From IMG/VR virus record IMGVR_UViG_3300030376_004081, positions 1 through 63,717 of that record: a stretch of DNA of 63,717 bases. One strand, 5' to 3'. Below the pieces are notes generated by a model. That model saw nothing but the letters and a program-made list of their open reading frames with translations, was not told where the DNA came from and made no database searches. Origin of the DNA: a virus. Taxonomy: Duplodnaviria; Caudoviricetes. The first letter of the stretch is position 1. Every line of letters starts with the position of its first letter. Positions 1 through 9,172 of the stretch are shown piece after piece. The position numbers and the translations under genes are program-made.

Positions 1-1
1 C

Positions 2-847
2 CAAGCCGATTTAGAATCAAGAGTATCTGCCGCAGCATTTTTAGGAACATTACAGGCTGGATATACTGATTTCCATTATCTTCGGGAAGTATGGCGTAAA
101 GCAACTGAAAAAGATGCTTTGTTGGGTGTTTCTATGACTGGTATTGCTTCTAATGTAGTTGAGCATTTAGACTTAGAAATGGCCGCATACGAAGTAAAGA
201 AAGAAAATGAAAAGGTCGCCAAACAAATTGGAATTAAACCTGCTTCAAGAACTACTTGTGTAAAACCTGCTGGAACCACTTCTCTTGTTTTAGGAACATC
301 AAGTGGTATTCATGCTTATCACGATGAATATTATATTCGTCGCCTTCGTGTTGGAAAGAATGAAGCGATTTACGGCTATCTTCTAAACAATCACCCTGAG
401 TTGGTTGAGGATGAGTTTTTCAATCCGCACGAACAGGCAGTTATTTCAGTTCCTCAAAAAGCACCAGATTCAGCAATTACCCGACATGAATCAGTATTTG
501 ATTTATTAGAACGAGTAAAGAACTTTAGTATTCGTTGGGTTCGTGCAGGACATAATGATGGATTAAATACTCACAATGTATCAGCAACTATTTCTATTAA
601 AGAAGATGAATGGGAACCTGTTGCTGATTGGATGTGGTTAAACCGCCACTATTACAACGGATTATCCGTATTACCTTATGATGGAGGCACTTATACTCAA
701 GCACCGTTTGAAACCTGTGATAAAGAAACCTACGATAAATTAACAGAATCATTAAAAGATGTTGATTTAACTATGGTTGAAGAATTACAAGATGATACAG
801 ACCTTTCAGGCGAAATAGCCTGTGCGGGTGGGGCTTGCGAAATTTAA
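2..847 (+). CDS. nrdJ: Class II (B12-dependent) ribonucleotide reductase, 5'-truncated by the window edge
   Basis: Frame is open from position 2 (QADLESRVSAAAFLGTLQAGYTDFHYLR...). Contains TTCVKPAGTTSLVLGTSSGIH and a C-terminal redox Cys pair (ACAGGACEI) typical of monomeric NrdJ. Confidence 0.93.
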   Translation, partial: QADLESRVSAAAFLGTLQAGYTDFHYLREVWRKATEKDALLGVSMTGIASNVVEHLDLEMAAYEVKKENEKVAKQIGIKPASRTTCVKPAGTTSLVLGTSSGIHAYHDEYYIRRLRVGKNEAIYGYLLNNHPELVEDEFFNPHEQAVISVPQKAPDSAITRHESVFDLLERVKNFSIRWVRAGHNDGLNTHNVSATISIKEDEWEPVADWMWLNRHYYNGLSVLPYDGGTYTQAPFETCDKETYDKLTESLKDVDLTMVEELQDDTDLSGEIACAGGACEI

Positions 848-856
848 GGTGATTAA

Positions 857-1219
857 ATGAAACTCTTCAAAAATTATGAAGAGTATTTAGAAACAATAAC
901 AATAATATGTAAAGACTTAAGTAATGAGTCTCTACAAAAAATAGGACTAGCAATAAATGTTTGTGATTCTTACATGGATGACAGCGAAAAAATATATAGG
1001 CTAAATACTACTGTAATGAAATGTCTTTGGGAAATAGAAGAAGCAATCCATATGGGATTCACTCAATACTTGAACAAAGAGTATAGTAAGACAAGATACA
1101 TTATTGAATATTATAAAGAAAACAATGAGAATCCTTGTCCTCTTTCTGAATTAATGGAAGAAATAAAAATAAAAATGAGGAATAACAATGAAAGAAAAGA
1201 ACCCCCAATATGTTCTTAA
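857..1219 (+). CDS. Hypothetical protein
   Basis: 120-aa ORF preceded by AGGTGA RBS; no recognisable motif. Confidence 0.7.
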   Translation: MKLFKNYEEYLETITIICKDLSNESLQKIGLAINVCDSYMDDSEKIYRLNTTVMKCLWEIEEAIHMGFTQYLNKEYSKTRYIIEYYKENNENPCPLSELMEEIKIKMRNNNERKEPPICS

Positions 1220-1349
1220 TAAAAGAAAGAACACAAAGATAGCCACCCGTTGTCGGGTGTGCGGTGGGCAATTATTCTTGCCTAATGAAATTAAGAATGA
1301 AATACACGATAAGTGTGATAATGATGACAAAAATGTTTATATGATGTGA
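1188..1349 (+). CDS. Zinc-finger microprotein (53 aa; not in ORF track)
   Basis: Manual translation MKEKNPQYVLNKRKNTKIATRCRVCGGQLFLPNEIKNEIHDKCDNDDKNVYMM; CxxC...HxxC; GAGG upstream; fills the gap to the next gene. Confidence 0.7.
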   Translation: MKEKNPQYVLNKRKNTKIATRCRVCGGQLFLPNEIKNEIHDKCDNDDKNVYMM

Positions 1350-1353
1350 TAAT

Positions 1354-2505
1354 ATGGAATTAAAAATTACTCAACCCAATGATAGTCAGCAACATTATAG
1401 TTGTAATATTCGCTGTGAAACCTTTAATTTTCCAACTCATAAGACTGTTTCTTATGAAAGGAGTGCTAAAGACCCTATTCAAGCAGGACTTGAAAGGTTT
1501 TGGAGAAACCTTATTTCTCCAAGAAAGAAAAGATATTCAAGAACACATGGATTTTCTGATATGTTTCATCATGTTGTATTTATTGAGGAATGCCCAGTTG
1601 TTCTTTCAAGAGAAGGTATTCGTTATCATCTAAATGGTAAGTCATACAGTCTATCAACCATTTGTTCTGCTTTGGCTAGAATTACATACAAAGCGTGTTT
1701 TGATAAAGAAGGTGCAGTATTACTATCAGCGTTATATTCTACTCTTAACCTACCCGAAAATGTAAAGTATTGTTTAGAGAATCGTGCGCCATATCATTTT
1801 GTTCATGATTTTGTCAAACAAGATGTTCGTTTGAATGTTGTGCAGATTGATGATAAGATGCTTGCTATGGAAATTAGTGATGGTGTTTGGGGTGAAATAA
1901 CACCTAAGCAATTAGACTCATATTGTAATTTTTATCTTCATGGAAAAAAGAGAGGCAGTTGGAAGTTTCTTTCCCCGAACAGACTATATACTAGACTGAT
2001 GAACAAAGAACCGAGCGCATCTGAACTGAAAGTGATGATTGCGTTTTTGATGCAAAACAGAATGCAAGACATTGTAGATGCAAGAGCGTTAGAACTGGTG
2101 GAAGATATGTTAAATCAACACAAAGGTCGTCTATCTGCTGAATATGATGATAATGGAACATTAGAGAAACTTTACATTCGTGGAAAAGATTATGATTGGA
2201 TGCTTTCTAATAACAAATATAAATCAGGTATTCAAATGGTTTCTACCTTTGTTTGGCAACCAGTTGAAACTCACACACATGATGAAGAAGGGGTAATAAA
2301 TGGAACTGTTTTATCTGAACCAGAATGGCGTGGGCCAATTTGTATTGACAATATGGCTGATGGTTCTCCATTAGGCGACCAATTCGCAACAAGAGCATTA
2401 GCATTACTGAATGATTTTCACACAATAAAAATAGTTAATACAATTAAGTCTTATTTAAAGACTGAACCCAATAAATATAGGAATGATGGAAATGATTTGC
2501 GATGA
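1354..2505 (+). CDS. Hypothetical protein (383 aa) with C-terminal GPICID motif
   Basis: Long ORF in operon; no confident family assignment. Confidence 0.8.
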   Translation: MELKITQPNDSQQHYSCNIRCETFNFPTHKTVSYERSAKDPIQAGLERFWRNLISPRKKRYSRTHGFSDMFHHVVFIEECPVVLSREGIRYHLNGKSYSLSTICSALARITYKACFDKEGAVLLSALYSTLNLPENVKYCLENRAPYHFVHDFVKQDVRLNVVQIDDKMLAMEISDGVWGEITPKQLDSYCNFYLHGKKRGSWKFLSPNRLYTRLMNKEPSASELKVMIAFLMQNRMQDIVDARALELVEDMLNQHKGRLSAEYDDNGTLEKLYIRGKDYDWMLSNNKYKSGIQMVSTFVWQPVETHTHDEEGVINGTVLSEPEWRGPICIDNMADGSPLGDQFATRALALLNDFHTIKIVNTIKSYLKTEPNKYRNDGNDLR

Positions 2506-3349
2506 ATGCGGTTGCACAGAAAATAACTTTGATGAAACTCTTGGAGAAAGAGTATGTGCCGATTGTGGCTTAGTCTTGGTTCAAGAACTATTTGAAGAAA
2601 CTGTTCATTCTTTAGATACAACAGGGAATCTAAGGCATTCAGCAGATAAAGGCAAACTAGGCTCAGTAATAACTGGGAAAGGTTCTTACAAATTCAATAA
2701 GTTCGGAAAGAATAGTGTTGTACCTCAACACATTCAAAAGGCTTTGATGCATTGTAATATGGTTTTAGCGCAAGTTGCGCCTCATCTCAATCTTAATGAA
2801 AGAGTTGAGAAATTATATATGGAATTGAACACCAAGAATATCTTTGGTAGGACTCAATTAGAAGCAAGGGCAACTGCATTAGTATTCTATGCTTTAAAGG
2901 AAAATGGAACTCCTCATCCTATGAAAGATGTTATGGCTGAATTTGAACCGAATGAAAAAACAGTCAAAAGATTGATTAGAAAAATTAATCAGGTTTATCG
3001 CAATAGCGCAAACTACACTCCCATAAATCCCCAATATCAACTGGAACAGACTCTAAGTAAGTTATCAGATGATTTGGTCTTTAGGAGACAATGTTTCAAA
3101 GTATTAGAATTTTTTGAAGCAAAGGCGGAAAAGAACACCTTCAATAAAGGAAGGTCATATTATGCAGCAATTATTTGGATTGCTGCTAAAATGAATGTTA
3201 ATACTGAAATAAAAGACCGAATACTTTCCGAGAAAACAGGGTTCTCTCGTTGGGTTATTTGGCGACAGACCAAAGAAATACTTGGAATGGTTGGTCTTGA
3301 AAATGCAAGCCAAGTAAAAGGAAAACAATTAAGTGAATTAGGTGAATGA
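2483..3349 (+). CDS. tfb: Transcription initiation factor IIB (TFB)-like protein
   Basis: N-terminal Zn ribbon CDECG...GERVCADCGLVL followed by two cyclin-like helical repeats (GRTQLEARATALVFYA; GRSYYAAIIWIAA). Confidence 0.88.
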   Translation: MMEMICDECGCTENNFDETLGERVCADCGLVLVQELFEETVHSLDTTGNLRHSADKGKLGSVITGKGSYKFNKFGKNSVVPQHIQKALMHCNMVLAQVAPHLNLNERVEKLYMELNTKNIFGRTQLEARATALVFYALKENGTPHPMKDVMAEFEPNEKTVKRLIRKINQVYRNSANYTPINPQYQLEQTLSKLSDDLVFRRQCFKVLEFFEAKAEKNTFNKGRSYYAAIIWIAAKMNVNTEIKDRILSEKTGFSRWVIWRQTKEILGMVGLENASQVKGKQLSELGE

Positions 3350-3674
3350 TATGTTTGAAAAAGAATGGAATAGAATAGCAAAGAAGATTTATACAAACGC
3401 AGTTAATCATGGATTCTGGAAAGAAGAAGTGAATGATGGTGAAAGAATGGCTTTGATTCATGCTGAAATAAGTGAAGCATTAGAAGCACTAAGAGAAGGT
3501 AATCCTTCATCAAATAAGATTATTGAATTTACTAATCTTGAAGAAGAATTAGCCGATGCAGTAATTCGTATCATGGATTATGCTTTTGGTAAGGATTTAG
3601 ATATAGCGGGTGCGATTCTCGCTAAGGTAGAATACAATAAAAGCCGTGAATATATGCATGGTAAATCGTTTTAA
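3342..3674 (+). CDS. MazG-like nucleotide pyrophosphohydrolase
   Basis: ALIHAEISEALEALR...EEELADAVIRIMD acidic helical motif. Confidence 0.85.
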   Translation: MNDMFEKEWNRIAKKIYTNAVNHGFWKEEVNDGERMALIHAEISEALEALREGNPSSNKIIEFTNLEEELADAVIRIMDYAFGKDLDIAGAILAKVEYNKSREYMHGKSF

Positions 3675-3686
3675 GGAGGAATAAAT

Positions 3687-3965
3687 ATGGAAGAAACAGA
3701 ATTTGATAAGTTTATCAACGAAATGCAAAGAAGAGGAACTATTGTAGCAAGTTTGGATGGGTGTATGTGTGCTGATTGTGTAGCAAGAAGAAAGAAACAT
3801 GGCGCAAAACCAATGGAAATTATTCCCAAAGAAACAGACGACCCAATTCAAAATGCAAATCGTCAAATGAAGATTGAGAAACTAAAACGAGGTATGAGTA
3901 GAAAAACTACTCAAGCCCAAAGAAAAACAAAACAAAGAAAGAATAAAAAGAAGAAGGAGGAATAA
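3687..3965 (+). CDS. Basic hypothetical protein with CxCxxC
   Basis: AGGAGG RBS; GCMCADC; Lys/Arg-rich C-terminus. Confidence 0.7.
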   Translation: MEETEFDKFINEMQRRGTIVASLDGCMCADCVARRKKHGAKPMEIIPKETDDPIQNANRQMKIEKLKRGMSRKTTQAQRKTKQRKNKKKKEE

Positions 3966-3967
3966 AT

Positions 3968-4264
3968 ATGAATCATGTAAAATTAACATACTATACAAAA
4001 ACAAAAAACGATGAATACGAATACCATACCATGTCAGGAGAATTACTAGTAGGTAATGCTATGTTTTCCGATATGGTTGGGATTAAAAATAGCCATGAAG
4101 GAGTTGTTCTAATTCCTTCAGCGACTTTAGTTAAACTTGAAGCAAAGGAACTGGATGAAATGTTCCTAGTTAGATTTAATCTATTGAAAGATGTATTAAC
4201 TCATCAAGATGAAGAAATGACAAATAAGATTAACGGTAATGGTGGAAATCACCTATTTAGTTGA
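3968..4264 (+). CDS. Hypothetical protein (98 aa)
   Basis: AGGAGG RBS; directly upstream of the ThiF gene; ends NGNGGNHLFS. Confidence 0.72.
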   Translation: MNHVKLTYYTKTKNDEYEYHTMSGELLVGNAMFSDMVGIKNSHEGVVLIPSATLVKLEAKELDEMFLVRFNLLKDVLTHQDEEMTNKINGNGGNHLFS

Positions 4265-4276
4265 GGAGGAATAAAT

Positions 4277-4834
4277 ATGAGAAAAATATTAATTATTGGA
4301 GCAGGTGGAATTGGAAGTTTTCTAATTCCTATTTTGGATAAAGTCGGTCTTTACCACATTCATGTGGCTGACCCTGATAGCGTAGAAACAAAAAATTTAC
4401 CCTATCAAAACTTTAAGAAAGCCCATGTTGGGCAGAATAAGGCTAGTGTTATGATGGATTCATATAAATCAGTCATTACATTCAGTAAATACCCTATTTT
4501 AACTCAAAAACAAATGTCAGGATTTGACCTTGTGATTTGTTGCGTAGATAACTTGGGCGTAAGGCGAACCTTATACAACACAAGCCTTAAATGGCTTGAC
4601 CTACGAGCGCAAGGTAGAAACGCTGCATTTGTGTCGCACAAAGCAGACCCTAAGATGTATGATATGCTTTTAGCAGGTGAAGAAGGTTCATTTAGTTGTC
4701 AAGGTAATTCATGGGATGGTACAAATAGTAATGTTCATTTCATGCAAGTCGCAATTGCAGGATTAGGCGCACAATGGATTCAAAGATACTTCAATGAAGA
4801 AGAAGTGAGAGATTATATGGTGGTGAATGTATGA
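4277..4834 (+). CDS. ThiF/MoeB/E1-family adenylyltransferase
   Basis: ILIIGAGGIGS Rossmann motif, DPDSVETKNLPYQ, GQNKA, DLVICCVDN; single C-terminal Cys (SFSCQ); no Zn-binding CxxC pair. Confidence 0.92.
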   Translation: MRKILIIGAGGIGSFLIPILDKVGLYHIHVADPDSVETKNLPYQNFKKAHVGQNKASVMMDSYKSVITFSKYPILTQKQMSGFDLVICCVDNLGVRRTLYNTSLKWLDLRAQGRNAAFVSHKADPKMYDMLLAGEEGSFSCQGNSWDGTNSNVHFMQVAIAGLGAQWIQRYFNEEEVRDYMVVNV

Positions 4835-6066
4835 GTAAAAATAATAAATGGAATGATGAACAATTAGCCTTTTTAGTTGTAGCAAGAATGAAAGGCGATA
4901 CATGGGATAGTATTGCATCTCAAATGATGCATCGGTTTGGTATAAATCGTAGCGGAACTAACATTTCTTTGAAATATAGAAAAACTATTGGAATAGATTT
5001 ATCTGCTGCTTTTCCAGCAGACCAAGAAAAGTTCATACAGGATTGCTGGACAAATAATTTCAATACACAGCAAATTATTATGGGATTCAAAGAACAGTTT
5101 GGAAGAACTATAACGGAAAATCACATTGATATGGTGATAACACAAATACAACATGAAGATAGTGTTGAAAAAGAATTATCTAAACAAACAACAAAAATAA
5201 AAAAGGAGATGAAAATGATGAGAAAATCAGTAAAATGGACAGAAGAAGAAGATAACATGATTATGTCATGTAATAGCAGAAAGGAAGCATTTGCGCTAGA
5301 CCTGAATGGCCGAACAAAAGGGGCTATTCGTAATCGCTGGCAAATGCTTAAATCAAAACCAAAGAAAACCAAACTAAAGCGTGGCCGCTATTCAGTTGAA
5401 GAAGTGGCTTTGCTCGCAAACTGCGCTTCTCTTGAAGAAGCACTAGAGGTATTCAAAGGAAAAAGAAGCGAATTTTCTATTACAGGAAAGTATCGCACTA
5501 TTGGGAATAGGACTTCACTATACCAGAAACCAGTTAAGCCTGTTGATAACATTAAAAAGCCAGCAAAGCGTGGCCGAATGACAAAGGCTGAATTGGAAAT
5601 GATTCGCAATTGTGAAACAGTTGAAGAAGCATTGGCTTTGAATTTGCGAAAACCCGAAACAATTATTCGGCAATTCACTACGCTAAAAACTGCTCCAACA
5701 AAAACCAAAAAGACTTCTAAGAAGAAAACGACTCATGGAAACAAGGGTAAGAAATATACCCCTCGTTGGACGAAAGAAGAAGATTTTGAACTAGTTTGTA
5801 ATTTTTATGAACTATCCATTGATGAAGCAAGAAATCGCTTTAATCGTTCATACGGAGCAATCGCAAGTCGCTTAGAAATGCTTGTTGATAGCACAAAACC
5901 CGACCATATTTCTATGCTTATGGAGGCTTCTTTATTGATTAAGGCTCGCAAGCAAGTGTTGAGCGAACCGCCTAAGAAATCCCGTAGAACGCTACGGAAA
6001 GAGCGAAAGAACGCTAAGAAAGAGGCTAAGTTGAAGGCCAAGTTGATGAAGTTAAGAGGTGAGTAA
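4831..6066 (+). CDS. Multi-repeat Myb/SANT-like DNA-binding protein
   Basis: Repeats such as KWTEEEDNMIM...NGRTKGAIRNRWQML and RWTKEEDFELV...NRSYGAIASRL; about six copies. Confidence 0.8.
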   Translation: MSKNNKWNDEQLAFLVVARMKGDTWDSIASQMMHRFGINRSGTNISLKYRKTIGIDLSAAFPADQEKFIQDCWTNNFNTQQIIMGFKEQFGRTITENHIDMVITQIQHEDSVEKELSKQTTKIKKEMKMMRKSVKWTEEEDNMIMSCNSRKEAFALDLNGRTKGAIRNRWQMLKSKPKKTKLKRGRYSVEEVALLANCASLEEALEVFKGKRSEFSITGKYRTIGNRTSLYQKPVKPVDNIKKPAKRGRMTKAELEMIRNCETVEEALALNLRKPETIIRQFTTLKTAPTKTKKTSKKKTTHGNKGKKYTPRWTKEEDFELVCNFYELSIDEARNRFNRSYGAIASRLEMLVDSTKPDHISMLMEASLLIKARKQVLSEPPKKSRRTLRKERKNAKKEAKLKAKLMKLRGE

Positions 6067-6670
6067 GATGGGTAAAAATGCACAAGCAGAAGAATGTATA
6101 AAATGTGGCGAATTGATTTATTATAACGGGAATAATCCTTGTTGTATTGATGAAGATTCTGAACTAACAGAAGATAGGAATAGTGTTGAACAGATTATTA
6201 CAAATCATTTTAATCATTTGCTTGAACAACAACTATCTTCTTGTGCTGGCCCAAAAGAAGAATTACTTGATGTGGCTATGCATGATTTAGAGTTCCATAA
6301 AACTATTTGGGAGTGTTCAACTGAAATACTTCCAGGATTAGAAGTACAAGTAGTTATTGATGGTAAAAACAATTGTTTTGTTTCAACTGGAAGTTCAGGA
6401 TATGTAGACTTTTTTGAACCACCAGTCGGTATGTCTCTTCCTATTCGTTGTTGGATTCATACTCATCCATTTGGTGCTGCTTATTTTAGTGGGACAGATA
6501 TTCGCACAGTAAGTATTTGGGAAGTAATGATGGAAACTGCATATGTTCTTGGCGGAGAAGGTCATTATGGATTTTGGTCGCAAAGAGAACCACAGCAACT
6601 TGAAATTTATGTAAATAATGTTGAAAAGGAAATTCAAACTTGGAAGAAAAAAGGAGATGAAGAGGAATGA
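6059..6670 (+). CDS. JAB/MPN+ (JAMM) metalloprotease
   Basis: Upstream Glu (GLEVQVV) and WIHTHPFGAAYFSGTD = H-x-H-x7-S-x-x-D. Confidence 0.88.
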   Translation: MSKMGKNAQAEECIKCGELIYYNGNNPCCIDEDSELTEDRNSVEQIITNHFNHLLEQQLSSCAGPKEELLDVAMHDLEFHKTIWECSTEILPGLEVQVVIDGKNNCFVSTGSSGYVDFFEPPVGMSLPIRCWIHTHPFGAAYFSGTDIRTVSIWEVMMETAYVLGGEGHYGFWSQREPQQLEIYVNNVEKEIQTWKKKGDEEE

Positions 6671-6912
6671 AAATGAATAAAGAAATACCAGAAAGATTGA
6701 CAGTAAAGGAACGAAGAGAGCGTCATATGGAAATGCATCCTAATGATAAGAATAAGCGTCGTGAAGGTAAAGGAATTACATGGTCTAAGAAAACACAACG
6801 AGATAAAGATTTGAAGTTGTTTTACAAGACCCATGTTTATACCTTTGTTGATGAAAAAGATTTGTCAAAGAAGCGTTGGATTCGTATTGCAGGGTATGGT
6901 GAAGAAGAATGA
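6667..6912 (+). CDS. Basic hypothetical protein
   Basis: ATGA-coupled to both neighbours. Confidence 0.7.
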   Translation: MKMNKEIPERLTVKERRERHMEMHPNDKNKRREGKGITWSKKTQRDKDLKLFYKTHVYTFVDEKDLSKKRWIRIAGYGEEE

Positions 6913-7235
6913 AGGAAGTTCTTATTTGGCTTAAAGAAAACCATCCTGATGTTTATGAGGAATACATGGCTTATACTAAACCCCAAAGAGATTTAGAAGT
7001 CAAAAGACTCAAAGAAAAGTTTGATGCGGTTCAAAAGTGGTTAGATGAATTAAAAGACCACCCTCGCTGGACAACTCAAAATGATTTCCAAAAAGCAATT
7101 CAAATGTCTTTAGATATGTATAATATGACTGATGATGAAGAAGAAAGGGCTAATATATGGAATGCTGTTCGGTCTTTAGGAAGTAGTCATCCTAGTTTTC
7201 CGAGAAGAAGAGGAATAAGGAGTGAAGAAGAATGA
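6909..7235 (+). CDS. Hypothetical protein
   Basis: ATGA-coupled ORF, 108 aa. Confidence 0.7.
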   Translation: MKEVLIWLKENHPDVYEEYMAYTKPQRDLEVKRLKEKFDAVQKWLDELKDHPRWTTQNDFQKAIQMSLDMYNMTDDEEERANIWNAVRSLGSSHPSFPRRRGIRSEEE

Positions 7236-7450
7236 AAGCAATAGGAGATTATGCAATAATAGAAGTAGAAAATTCTGTTTCTGCTACGGGTATTCAGATT
7301 AAAAGTGATGGACAAGGCTTAGTGCTTTCATGTCCTAAATATCCTGAGATAGAAGGAAAGTTTGTTTTGTTTGATGATAGACACCGTTCACCAACACATG
7401 ATGACCTAATATTTGTTAAGACAGAATACTTACTGGGAGTGATAGAATGA
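7232..7450 (+). CDS. groES: GroES-like co-chaperonin (short, 72 aa)
   Basis: MKAIGDYAIIE...SATGIQI (mobile-loop-like) and C-terminal LIFVKTEYLLGVIE; directly upstream of groEL. Confidence 0.75.
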   Translation: MKAIGDYAIIEVENSVSATGIQIKSDGQGLVLSCPKYPEIEGKFVLFDDRHRSPTHDDLIFVKTEYLLGVIE

Positions 7451-8943
7451 TTATTAATGGAAAAGAAGTAAAAGAAAAACTACTACAAGGAATTAATTTG
7501 GTTGCTAATACAGTTAAACCAACTTTAGGGCCACAAGCAAAAACAGTTATTCTTCAGGGTAATCCTCCAATCATTATTAATGACGGTGTAACTATTACAA
7601 AGTATGTTTCCCATGATGACCCTTATGTTCAAATGGGTGTTCAATTGGTTCAAAACTTAGCAAGTAAAGCACAAGATTCTTCAGGAGATGGAACAACAAC
7701 TGCTTGTATTTTAGCACAGGCTTTCTGTAATAATCTTTTTAATAATCCACCAAAAGAATCTGTTCATCGTTTTAATGACCGTATGGAAAGACTAAAGAGT
7801 TTTACAATAGGTTGGTTAGATAGTATTTCTCTTGAAATTGATGATAGCAACATTAAGAATGTTGCTACTATTGCATCAAACAATGATGAAAACTTAGGTG
7901 AATTAATTCAATCGGCTTTAGATAAAGTAGGAAGAGATGGTGTCGTCACAGTTGAAGAATCAAATAATTATCAAACTCAATTAATTCTACGAGAAGGTAT
8001 GGAGATTCAAGAAGGATATTTAAGCCATCTTATGTGCAATACAGAAAATGGAAAGGTTGAATTAAACAACCCAGTTATTTTTATGTCTAATATGGGATTG
8101 AGGCAATTTAAAGATATTATGCCTCTTCTTGAATATTCAGCAAGCCAAAGCAGACCGCTTCTAATTATGTGTAAAGGAATGGATGGTTCAGCACTTAACA
8201 ACCTATTGATGAATGTTATGAATAAAACAGTTGAATGTGCTGTAATCCTTGCCCCTAATTTTGGTGATGCTCAAATTGATGAATTGGGCGATATTCAATC
8301 ATTGGTTGGAGGAAAGGTCTTTATTGATGAAACAAGAGATGATTCAAAACTATTTACAGAAAGCGACTTAGGTACTTGTGCAAAGGTTGTTATTACAAAA
8401 GAAACTACAACTTTTGTTGGCGGTGAGGGAGATACAAAAGCAAGAATTACTTCTCTAAAGGAACAGGCTGATGAATTAAAAGGACATGAATTGGCTAGAC
8501 TTAAATCAAGAGTTGCTCGTCTAAAAGGGGGTGTTGCTACAATTAAGGTTGGTGCTTCATCTTCTATTGAAATGCGAGAAAAGAAAGAAAGACTTGATGA
8601 TGCCCTTCATGCAACAAAGGCCGCCTTAGAAGAAGGTATTGTTGTAGGTGGAGGAAATGCTTATTGGAGATTATCACTTGAAAACCCAACTCTACCTAGA
8701 TGGTTTAGAGATGCTCTATTAGAACCAATGAGAACTCTTATGCGTAATGGAGGAGTAGATGATACCGTTCCTCAATATGAACACATTGATGATGGATTTA
8801 ATGCTCTTACTGGTCATTTTGGTAATCTTGCTAAAGCAGGAGTTTATGACCCAGTAAAGGTAGCAAAGAATAGTTTCTTGGCGGCATTATCAATTGCACA
8901 GTTATTCTATTCAACAGAAGTTGCAGTATTAGTGGAGGAATAA
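7447..8943 (+). CDS. groEL: Group I chaperonin GroEL
   Basis: TLGP, INDGVTI, GDGTTTA, APNFGD, EKKERLDDALHATKAALEEGIVVGGG, YDPVKV. Confidence 0.96.
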   Translation: MIINGKEVKEKLLQGINLVANTVKPTLGPQAKTVILQGNPPIIINDGVTITKYVSHDDPYVQMGVQLVQNLASKAQDSSGDGTTTACILAQAFCNNLFNNPPKESVHRFNDRMERLKSFTIGWLDSISLEIDDSNIKNVATIASNNDENLGELIQSALDKVGRDGVVTVEESNNYQTQLILREGMEIQEGYLSHLMCNTENGKVELNNPVIFMSNMGLRQFKDIMPLLEYSASQSRPLLIMCKGMDGSALNNLLMNVMNKTVECAVILAPNFGDAQIDELGDIQSLVGGKVFIDETRDDSKLFTESDLGTCAKVVITKETTTFVGGEGDTKARITSLKEQADELKGHELARLKSRVARLKGGVATIKVGASSSIEMREKKERLDDALHATKAALEEGIVVGGGNAYWRLSLENPTLPRWFRDALLEPMRTLMRNGGVDDTVPQYEHIDDGFNALTGHFGNLAKAGVYDPVKVAKNSFLAALSIAQLFYSTEVAVLVEE

Positions 8944-8945
8944 AA

Positions 8946-9056
8946 ATGGATAAAGAGATTGTAAGAATGACTATTGTTTATGCAGATGGCTCAATGGACA
9001 TTATGATTAGACAAATTAATGGAACATTTAGTGTAGAAAAAAGGAGGAAACGCTGA
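8946..9056 (+). CDS. Microprotein (36 aa; not in ORF track)
   Basis: MDKEIVRMTIVYADGSMDIMIRQINGTFSVEKRRKR; GGAGG upstream; TGATG-coupled to the next ORF. Confidence 0.55.
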   Translation: MDKEIVRMTIVYADGSMDIMIRQINGTFSVEKRRKR

Positions 9057-9172
9057 TGGATTGCACCCGATGTAAAAGGAGACTTAAATCAACCGAAACA
9101 TATTATTTGCGTAGGTATGGACTTTGTAATAAGTGTTTGCAGATAATTAAGAAAGGTGAGCATCTTGAATAA
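9056..9172 (+). CDS. Zinc-finger microprotein (38 aa; not in ORF track)
   Basis: MDCTRCKRRLKSTETYYLRRYGLCNKCLQIIKKGEHLE; AGGAGG RBS; two CxxC. Confidence 0.68.
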   Translation: MDCTRCKRRLKSTETYYLRRYGLCNKCLQIIKKGEHLE

